Shown: in pieces, positions 1-6,636 of the stretch | How positions within the stretch are numbered: position 1 is the stretch's first letter | Layout of the letters: the number at the start of each line of letters is the position of its first letter | Assembly (NCBI GenBank): GCA_023565505.1 | Contig: JAIMBI010000009.1 | Span: 6,547 to 70,546 of the forward strand | DNA from: Actinomycetes bacterium | GTDB taxonomy: Bacteria > Bacillota > Sulfobacillia > Sulfobacillales > JAIMBI01 | Length of the DNA: 64,000 bases | Direction: 5' to 3' | Translations under genes and position numbers: made by a program | The notes under the pieces: model-generated | Database searches by the model: none | What the model was told of the DNA's origin: nothing | What the model saw: only the letters and a program-made list of their open reading frames with translations

Positions 1-666
1 GCGGTACTGTGGACGGAGGCGCAGGAGGGCTGGCGGTCGAAGCACGTCCACCCGTCCAATCTCTGGCGTGGGGTGCGTTGGTGGTACTTATATCTCACCG
101 ACACGCCGCGTAGACAAGAGGACGATCCGCAGAGCCTACGGCGGATGCACAACGGGATTAAAGCCCACGAACGACTGGACGAGTACCTGGGGCGCGTTGA
201 ACGGGTAACGGATGGTCGCGTGCGCGTCGATGCCATCGAGCACTATTTCAAGGTGGAGAGCCTCAACTTCAGTGGGCGAATTGACGCCATTATCACTGTC
301 ATGAACCAGCAGTACGCGCTGGAGTTCAAGACCGCTGCGGCCAACGCCTTCCGAGCCGCGCAGAAGAACGGCCCTTCGTCGGATTACTTGTGGCAGGCTG
401 GGGGCTATACGTTCGCGACGGGGCTCCCCGTGCTGTTCTTGTATGAATGCAAGGACAACCAGGAGTGGTTTGGCTGCTTTCCTAAGGCGGAAGCTTACGC
501 GCTCCAGGTCGGGCCGAAGCTGCGGGCGATTCAGGAGGCCGTCACAAGCCGTACCGTCCCGCCCCTTTGTGATGTGGGCTGTAATACCTGTGTGTTTCAG
601 GCGACCTGTGCGGCGCTGCCGGTACAGGGCGGTGCCGACCCGCGCAAGACAGCGGAGACCGGCTAG
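1..666 (+). CDS. PD-(D/E)XK nuclease of the RecB/Cas4 family (5' end outside the window)
   Basis: The frame is open from nt 1. Motifs seen: GRIDAI...ALEFKT (D...ExK), QAGGY (QxxxY), and a C-terminal Cys cluster CDVGCNTCVFQATC as in Cas4/AddB-type Fe-S nucleases. Confidence 0.7.
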   Translation, partial: AVLWTEAQEGWRSKHVHPSNLWRGVRWWYLYLTDTPRRQEDDPQSLRRMHNGIKAHERLDEYLGRVERVTDGRVRVDAIEHYFKVESLNFSGRIDAIITVMNQQYALEFKTAAANAFRAAQKNGPSSDYLWQAGGYTFATGLPVLFLYECKDNQEWFGCFPKAEAYALQVGPKLRAIQEAVTSRTVPPLCDVGCNTCVFQATCAALPVQGGADPRKTAETG

Positions 667-678
667 AGGAGGGTGACG

Positions 679-1077
679 ATGTTTAGGTGGGAAAACGCCG
701 TCCTGCGTGAGCTTCGCAATGCTCATCAAGAGGCCGCCGAGCAGCGCCGACGGGCCGCCGATGCTGAAGCGGAGCTTTCTCGTCTGAAGCGCGACTGGTC
801 GAAAGCACGGAGTCTGTATGGGAGCCTGGAGCGCCTATTACAGTGGTACTGGGACGTGTATCATCAAGATCCCGTCCGGGTGGAGGTCCCTGAGGCGCTG
901 TACCCCTTGCTTTTGATTGATGTACAGAGGGAATGGCTCAAGTGCGCGCCTCTGGAGATTCACCATCACTGGACTTCCGTAGGATATACGTCCCCCTTGA
1001 CCGGCAAGGTCATCCCTTTTGTTGCCGGACACGAGTTCCGTATTTGGACACAAGAAACCGCCTCGGAGACGCCTTAA
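679..1077 (+). CDS. Hypothetical phage protein with a coiled-coil-like N-terminus
   Basis: ORF 673..1077. The ATG at 679 follows the RBS GAGGAGGG. No recognisable domain. Confidence 0.4.
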   Translation: MFRWENAVLRELRNAHQEAAEQRRRAADAEAELSRLKRDWSKARSLYGSLERLLQWYWDVYHQDPVRVEVPEALYPLLLIDVQREWLKCAPLEIHHHWTSVGYTSPLTGKVIPFVAGHEFRIWTQETASETP

Positions 1078-1102
1078 AGAACCCGGCAAGGACTGAACAG
1101 AT

Positions 1103-1729
1103 GTGCGTTGTCTGGCCGTAGATCCCGGCTCACGGGCCTGGGGCTGGGCGGTTTATGATACCGTCGCGCAGACCATAGATTACGCCCGCGAGACCTTCCC
1201 GGTGCATTGGTCGTTCCCGCTCCGCCTTCGGCATCTCGCAGATCGCGTAGCGACTCTCATTGACCAATATAAGCCGGACCTCTTGGTCACGGAAATGCAA
1301 AACCACATGCGGAACATGACGACGTTACGACGGCTCAACGCCGTCGTGGGTGTGGTGCTGTTGACCGCAGAAGAGTACGGGATTCCGGTCGATGAGCTAC
1401 GAATCGTGGAAGTACGCCGTCTCCTGATTCCCAAGTCCCTGAAGCGGAGTAAGGAGACCATGTGCCAGTGTCTCCAAGAGTGCTGTAACGGCGACGTGCA
1501 ATTCCTTCGGCAAGGTACGGCCAAGGCCCCGGCCTTTGACGCCTCAGACGCCGTGGGCTTAGCCATTTTTGGTGCGTCGGTCAAGTCAGTGAACGCGGCG
1601 GAAGGAGCCTTGTATGGACGGCTACCAGACATTACGCTCCGACATCAAGCGCCTTCAGGCAACCAGCGAGGCCGCCGAAAGCGCGGTGCTGAAGGCGCGG
1701 CTCAGCATTCCCGAAAAGCCGCCCGATGA
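1103..1729 (+). CDS. RuvC-like Holliday junction resolvase
   Basis: N-terminal LAVDPGSRAWGWAV (RuvC motif GxDPGxxxxG), LLVTEMQ (Glu), and ASDAVGLAIFG (C-terminal Asp). The 3' tail overlaps the next ORF by about 115 nt. Confidence 0.7.
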   Translation: MRCLAVDPGSRAWGWAVYDTVAQTIDYARETFPVHWSFPLRLRHLADRVATLIDQYKPDLLVTEMQNHMRNMTTLRRLNAVVGVVLLTAEEYGIPVDELRIVEVRRLLIPKSLKRSKETMCQCLQECCNGDVQFLRQGTAKAPAFDASDAVGLAIFGASVKSVNAAEGALYGRLPDITLRHQAPSGNQRGRRKRGAEGAAQHSRKAAR

Positions 1730-2120
1730 CGTGCTGGCATCATGGCGGGATATCGTACAGGCCAAGAATCTGTCTGAACTCCCGGCCCACGTCCTGGGGG
1801 ATTACCTGCAACACTTCCAGGCTGCCGTTGCGTATGCGCTGTGGGCCGAGTCCGTCGCGGATGTCCAATTCCAAACGGCACGCGCCGTCCGGGAACACAT
1901 CGAATCGCGGTTGTTGCTGCTTCAGGAGTCGAATCGGAAGGACCTCCAGCTTGCCGCTGTTCAGTCGGAGCCGGAGTATGTGACGGCTCTGGAAGCCGAA
2001 CTCCGCGCCCAGCACATCGTCAAGCTCACGCGGGCGGTGCGGCAGAGCTATGAAGGATTCCGTGATGTGATCAGTCGTGAAATCACCCGGCGTGATTCTG
2101 AACACCGGAGGCTGTTGTAA
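1614..2120 (+). CDS. Hypothetical phage protein
   Basis: ATG preceded by GGAAGGAG. Amino-acid composition is ordinary. No domain recognised. Confidence 0.45.
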   Translation: MDGYQTLRSDIKRLQATSEAAESAVLKARLSIPEKPPDDVLASWRDIVQAKNLSELPAHVLGDYLQHFQAAVAYALWAESVADVQFQTARAVREHIESRLLLLQESNRKDLQLAAVQSEPEYVTALEAELRAQHIVKLTRAVRQSYEGFRDVISREITRRDSEHRRLL

Positions 2121-3136
2121 TGGACTTGAACGACCTGCGGAAGAGCCTCGCCAAGCAGTTCGGTGACGGAGCCATCCGGCCTTTGGGCGAGATCGCAGCC
2201 CGTGTCCCCACGCTTTCTACCGGCCTGATGTCGTTAGACCTCGCCTTGAACGGCGGCTTGCCGCAGGGTCGGGTGGTCGAAATGTGGGGGAACAAGAGCG
2301 TCGGGAAGTCTACCCTGGCGCAACAGGCCATCGGCCAGTATCTCCGAGACCATCAGGAGGGATGGGCGCTCCTGATCGATGCGGAAGGTACCTATTTGCC
2401 CTCCTGGGGCGCGTTGTTTGGAGTAGACCCCGAGCGCACATTCGTTGCTCGGGGCGGCATGATGGAACAGGAGATGTACGCCGAGAAGCAGCTAGGCATT
2501 GTAGAAAAGGTGCTGCTGGCCGACCATCCTCCTGGGATCATCGTTGTGGACTCCATCCCCGCCCTCGTACCGAAGGCCGAATGGGAAGATGACCTCGAAG
2601 ACCGGACGATGGGCCTCTTGGCCGAATTGCTCGGGCGCTTTTTACGTCGGATCGTGGGCAGCGGGCGGCTTGAAAAAGCCGGGACCACGCTCATCCTCGT
2701 GAACCAAGTGCGGGAGAAAACCGGGGCACGCAGCCCCATTCCCGGTTATACCCCGGAGACCCGACCAGGGGGCCGTGCCATCGGCTTCTACGCTAGCTTG
2801 CAGATCGAAGTCAAGCGGGGCGAGAAGGTCATGGGGGAGGACCCGGTTGAGGGTAAGGTTCAGGTAGGACATGAGGTCTTCGTCCGCGTGGAGAAGTGCA
2901 AGTACAACGGGCCGCCCTTCAAGACCGCGACGTTGATGCTGAACTACCACACCGGCTTTGATGCGATAGATGACCTCGTTAGCACCGCCCTGAAACTCCG
3001 CGTCATCGAACGGCGCGGGCCTTTTTATGCCTACGGCGACTTGCGATGGCAGGGACGCGAAGCCCTGGTGCTGGCTGTCCGCGAGTCACCCGAACTGGCT
3101 CAGGCCATACGGGAGACCCTCCGGGCTGCGCTCTAA
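2120..3136 (+). CDS. RecA-family recombinase (phage RecA-like ATPase)
   Basis: STGLMSLDLALNGGLPQGRVVEMWGNKSVGKSTLA shows the RecA N-terminal core and Walker A. IIVVDSIPALVP shows Walker B. The start overlaps the stop of the preceding ORF (TAATG). Confidence 0.8.
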   Translation: MDLNDLRKSLAKQFGDGAIRPLGEIAARVPTLSTGLMSLDLALNGGLPQGRVVEMWGNKSVGKSTLAQQAIGQYLRDHQEGWALLIDAEGTYLPSWGALFGVDPERTFVARGGMMEQEMYAEKQLGIVEKVLLADHPPGIIVVDSIPALVPKAEWEDDLEDRTMGLLAELLGRFLRRIVGSGRLEKAGTTLILVNQVREKTGARSPIPGYTPETRPGGRAIGFYASLQIEVKRGEKVMGEDPVEGKVQVGHEVFVRVEKCKYNGPPFKTATLMLNYHTGFDAIDDLVSTALKLRVIERRGPFYAYGDLRWQGREALVLAVRESPELAQAIRETLRAAL

Positions 3137-3185
3137 AACTCCTCATGTCATCGACTCAAAGCCTTGTGCATCTCGGTTCTTCTTT

Positions 3186-3551
3186 ATGGAGGCGAAGAAC
3201 ACGACCCCACGAGAGGCGTCCGAGAAACAGGAATCCCGCGTCACAGCGTTCTTTCAGGCATGGCTGTCAAGCCGAACCCGTCGGCAGCCCGGATCAGGAG
3301 CGCCTGTGGCCTACAAGGGAGATGTGAGGATACCGGGATTGGCCCGGATTGAGTGCAAAACGGTCCTCACACCCCACAAGACGTTCCGCGTTCAGCGTCA
3401 GTGGTTTGAGAAGGTGGCCGATGAGTGCGTCGGCGGCGAGGTCCCGCTCCTGGTCTTTAGCTTCGATAACCAGACCGACTTTGTAGCCTGCGCGTTGGAA
3501 GACCTTCCGGCGATAGTACATCAGTTCCACCGAGAGGAGAGCGCGTCATGA
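3186..3551 (+). CDS. Small PD-(D/E)XK-like nuclease, possibly a resolvase-type endonuclease
   Basis: MEAKNTT... with an E(16)...GDVRI...IECK pattern (E/D...ExK). The size and its position after recA fit a structure-specific nuclease. The assignment is tentative. Confidence 0.4.
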   Translation: MEAKNTTPREASEKQESRVTAFFQAWLSSRTRRQPGSGAPVAYKGDVRIPGLARIECKTVLTPHKTFRVQRQWFEKVADECVGGEVPLLVFSFDNQTDFVACALEDLPAIVHQFHREESAS

Positions 3552-3730
3552 GCGACCTCTGCTATCTCTGCGATGGCGATGGCCTCCTGCCCTGCGCGAA
3601 TTGTGGGGGCGAAGGATTGCTAGATGGCGAAGAATGTGATGTCTGCTGGGGTGATGGGTTTGTAGACTGCCTGGATTGCGGCGGGACCGGCATCAGTGAC
3701 GAGGGTGTTGATGAGTCTGGCGATGAGTAA
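3548..3730 (+). CDS. Mini-protein made of four DnaJ-type CXXCXGXG zinc-finger repeats with an acidic tail
   Basis: CYLCDGDG, CANCGGEG, CDVCWGDG, CLDCGGTG. The start overlaps the upstream stop (ATGA). Confidence 0.6.
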   Translation: MSDLCYLCDGDGLLPCANCGGEGLLDGEECDVCWGDGFVDCLDCGGTGISDEGVDESGDE

Positions 3731-3914
3731 TGAGGAGGCGTTCATGCCGTGCCCGAAATGCTCGGGTTTGCCAGTGGACTGCGACCGCTGCACGCGATAT
3801 TTTCCCTTCGAGGTCATCAATCCGCACTGTCCAAAGTGCCACGGGACACGCAAGATGCTCTGCCCAGCCTGTGAAGGTCGAGGGTATGTGCCGCTCACAG
3901 ACTCTCAGCGATAA
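3723..3914 (+). CDS. Second Cys-rich zinc-finger mini-protein (4x CXXC)
   Basis: CPKCSG, CDRC, CPKCHGTR, CPACEGRG. The ATG at 3723 is inside ORF 3696..3914. Confidence 0.5.
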   Translation: MSNEEAFMPCPKCSGLPVDCDRCTRYFPFEVINPHCPKCHGTRKMLCPACEGRGYVPLTDSQR

Positions 3915-3936
3915 CCGCGCTAAGGAGCGTCCCCCC

Positions 3937-4770
3937 ATGCTCAACAGGAAGGTATCCGTCTTAGACAAAGGGTACGTGCGGCTCATCGACGTGATGGGGT
4001 CCGATCTGACCGCCGTGAATGCCGCCCGTGCTTCGTACATGAAAGAAAGCGAGACGCTCCAAGGACGCGATGTGCGGCTACTGGAATACCTAATTCGGGA
4101 AGGCCATACCTCACCGTTTCGACATGCCGTGGTCTCGTTCGAGATTAAGGCCCCCTTAATGGTCGCCCGCCAGTTGTTCAAATACCGGGTGGGGCACAAG
4201 CACGGGCCGGATTCCGCCGAGCTCCTGGGGACGGCCATCCCGGCTGATCTGAAAGACTTCGTGCGGACTTACTTGGAAGAGGTCTTGGGGTTTGTGGGTT
4301 TGGGTGATGACTACGGCGGCGAAGATAGTCTCTACGCTCGGAATGAGGCCAGTCGTCGCTACGTGACGCTGGAGCCCGAGTTCTATATCCCCGCCATCGA
4401 TCAGTGGCGGGGAGCACCCGGACCCGGACAGAGCAAGCAAGGGAGTAACGGCGCTATCCCTGCCTACCAGGGTGGGTGGTTGACCGCACGTCTCGCCGCT
4501 CGGGTAGAAGAAGCCCTTGAAGACTATCACGAAGCTCTCAAGCTGGGCGTTGCCCCGGAACAAGCGCGGCTGTTTCTCCCGATGTACGCGCTCTACACGA
4601 CATGGCGTTGGACGGCGAGTCTCCAAGGCGTCTTGTGGCTTCTGGAACAGCGGCTCGGCCAGGATGCTCAGTCCGAGACCCGTCAGTACGCACAGGCCAT
4701 TCGAGATCTTGTGACCCCATATTTCCCGCACACCTTCACCCTTTGGTCGGGAGGCCGTCTGAATGAGTGA
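3937..4770 (+). CDS. thyX: ThyX-family (flavin-dependent thymidylate synthase-like) protein, divergent
   Basis: The ATG at 3937 follows the RBS AAGGAG. VLDKGYVRLIDVMG, GHTSPFRHAVVSFEIKAPLMVARQL, EASRRY, and the C-terminal PEQARLFLP...LLEQRLGQDAQSETRQYA match the ThyX fold. The canonical RHR is replaced by KYRVG, and there is a long insert before SRRY. Confidence 0.8.
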   Translation: MLNRKVSVLDKGYVRLIDVMGSDLTAVNAARASYMKESETLQGRDVRLLEYLIREGHTSPFRHAVVSFEIKAPLMVARQLFKYRVGHKHGPDSAELLGTAIPADLKDFVRTYLEEVLGFVGLGDDYGGEDSLYARNEASRRYVTLEPEFYIPAIDQWRGAPGPGQSKQGSNGAIPAYQGGWLTARLAARVEEALEDYHEALKLGVAPEQARLFLPMYALYTTWRWTASLQGVLWLLEQRLGQDAQSETRQYAQAIRDLVTPYFPHTFTLWSGGRLNE

Positions 4771-5200
4771 CCACACCGTCTCCGCCCTGTATGCGGAATC
4801 CTCGTCCGAAGACGCTTCGTCCTACCCCGTCACCTCTTGGAACGATGCCGTGCGCGTCATCCTGGAGGAGCAGTACGCCTTGATGGTCAGGAAGCAGACC
4901 GACTACGGGTCGGGAAACATCGCCGCCTTTGGCGAAATGGGCGTCCTCGTGCGCCTGTCTGATAAGCTGGAGCGCCTGAAGCATCTCTTGTTCCATAGGG
5001 ATGCCGTCACCGGCGAGGTAACGTGGCGCGGCACGAATCCCCAAAACGAGACTGTAGATGACACCTATCGTGACATCTTGAACTACGCCCTCATCGCCTT
5101 GATGCTGCGGCGCGGGTATTGGACCAAGGGCTTCATGCCGGAGGATCGCTTCCTGTTCGGCGACGACATCTACGAGGAGTCAGGCGATGCGGACGAGTGA
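4763..5200 (+). CDS. DUF1599-like all-helical protein (a nucleotide-metabolism-associated domain)
   Basis: KQTDYGSGNI...RLSDKLERLKHL...ETVDDTYRDILNYALIALML matches, from my memory, the DUF1599 pattern K..DYG...R..DK..R....E..D...D..NYA. Confidence 0.55.
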   Translation: MSDHTVSALYAESSSEDASSYPVTSWNDAVRVILEEQYALMVRKQTDYGSGNIAAFGEMGVLVRLSDKLERLKHLLFHRDAVTGEVTWRGTNPQNETVDDTYRDILNYALIALMLRRGYWTKGFMPEDRFLFGDDIYEESGDADE

Positions 5201-5702
5201 AGAAGCCCTGCTCAATGCGTTTCCCTACGAGAGCTTCGCGGCGGTCAAACGGGCGGTGCGGATTCTTCCCCAACTGATTTCGCGGGCGCAGGACGGCGAT
5301 CAAGCCGCGTCCGCCTTGGTCATGGATATCGAACGCGCTATGGGGATTCGGGTCGATCCGCGCACCTTCACCTATCGCGCCACGCATAACGATGTCCTAA
5401 CGGAGACCCAGCAACAGGCGGTCTGGTTGCACTTGGTCCTGGGCTACAAACTCCGTGAAGTGGCGGGCCGGACGGGGATCTCGCCGCAAGCCGTGAACCG
5501 GCGCGTCACTATCGCCATCGAGCGAATGATGAAGTTCCTGACCACCGGCCAAACGCGAGTGTGGACCCGTGCCGAGGATGACTTCCTCCGGGACTATCTT
5601 CTTGACTACGGCGCGGTATGGGTCAGCCAAGAACTCCAGGTGCCTGTCGATGAGGTTTATCGGCGGTTCCGGTATCTCCAGCGGAAAAACCGGATCGCCT
5701 GA
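5187..5702 (+). CDS. DNA-binding protein with a sigma-70 region-4/LuxR-type HTH
   Basis: LTETQQQAVWLHLVLGYKLREVAGRTGISPQAVNRRVTIAIERM. Confidence 0.5.
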   Translation: MRTSEEALLNAFPYESFAAVKRAVRILPQLISRAQDGDQAASALVMDIERAMGIRVDPRTFTYRATHNDVLTETQQQAVWLHLVLGYKLREVAGRTGISPQAVNRRVTIAIERMMKFLTTGQTRVWTRAEDDFLRDYLLDYGAVWVSQELQVPVDEVYRRFRYLQRKNRIA

Positions 5703-5732
5703 GCCGTCCCGCCATGGAAAGGAGTCGTCTGC

Positions 5733-6020
5733 ATGGGTTGTCCCGAGGTTGAACTGGAAATCACGGTTGACCGACTCCATTTGACGGATGCCATCGAGAA
5801 GTTAGTTCGCACAGGATTCCGACGCTTTACCCTGGAGCAGCAAGGTCCGTCCTCCGAAACCGACGAGGGGCCATTCGTAGTGTATGTAGAGGTCCCACCC
5901 AAGCTATATGCTGAGGCCGTCGAAATCGCCGTCAAAGGCATCCGGCTCGTCTGGTTTTCTCACAGGCGCAGGCTGCGCGTCGGGCAGACTATTTTGTACC
6001 AAGGCGAGGACCGTTTCTGA
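5733..6020 (+). CDS. Hypothetical phage protein
   Basis: ORF with ordinary composition, abutting the next ORF (TGATG). Confidence 0.35.
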   Translation: MGCPEVELEITVDRLHLTDAIEKLVRTGFRRFTLEQQGPSSETDEGPFVVYVEVPPKLYAEAVEIAVKGIRLVWFSHRRRLRVGQTILYQGEDRF

Positions 6021-6280
6021 TGCCGATCCCGGTCAAGGAACAGGAGACCATCATCACTTGGCTAGGTGAGGACCAAGAGGCCGAGGTCTTCACGATGATG
6101 CCGAGTGTCCAGCGGGCTATCCAACGGGAAGGCATCAAACCGTTTCGGGAAGAAGCCGCCGGGAAATGGTATAAAGTGCCCCTAAAGTTCTTCTGGTTGG
6201 CGGGCGGCCCGAACCCCTCCCGTCGAGGTCACGTCGCTGCCCCGCGCCGCCCAGGTCGCCGCTCAAAGGCGGGGCGGTGA
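6020..6280 (+). CDS. Hypothetical phage protein
   Basis: ORF followed by a strong terminator hairpin. Confidence 0.35.
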   Translation: MPIPVKEQETIITWLGEDQEAEVFTMMPSVQRAIQREGIKPFREEAAGKWYKVPLKFFWLAGGPNPSRRGHVAAPRRPGRRSKAGR

Positions 6281-6299
6281 ACCGAGTCGATCCCTGCAA

Positions 6300-6331
6300 C
6301 CGCCCCGCTACGAGAGCGGGGCGGTTTGCTT
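6300..6331 (+). terminator. Rho-independent terminator
   Basis: Stem CCGCCCCGCT / AGCGGGGCGG (10 bp perfect), loop ACGAG, then TTTGCTT. Confidence 0.6.
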
Positions 6332-6411
6332 GTCCGCCGTGACTGGGGCCGATAGGAGAGTGGTTGTCCCTCCCCGGTCTCGTCATAGAAGACAGCGAGG
6401 AGTGATGAGGA

Positions 6412-6636
6412 GTGGGTAGGCGGCGGCTAAAGCCCGAGGAGGTCCGTGTCGTCGTCAGGGGTTCGGGGGATGGCCGTACCAAAGAAGAGGTCCTGATGCA
6501 GATAAAGGATCTGATTCTGGAGGGAGCCCGTAAAGGGATACAAAAGTATATCGTCGATAATCCCAATGGTATACTTGACGAGGACGACCAATCTGTGTCC
6601 GAGGAGGACGGCCAGGAGTGCAAGTCATTACCGTAG
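6412..6636 (+). CDS. Small acidic hypothetical protein immediately upstream of, and overlapping, the recombinase gene
   Basis: ORF only. Its position makes it a candidate accessory or directionality factor, but there is no sequence support for that role. Confidence 0.3.
   Translation: MGRRRLKPEEVRVVVRGSGDGRTKEEVLMQIKDLILEGARKGIQKYIVDNPNGILDEDDQSVSEEDGQECKSLP

Noticed and set aside
6375-6395. CATAGAAGA as a sigma-E/sigma-K type -10 upstream of the recombinase cassette
   Set aside because: Only the CATA core matches and there is no supporting -35. It would be attractive for mother-cell-specific excision, but the sequence does not support it.
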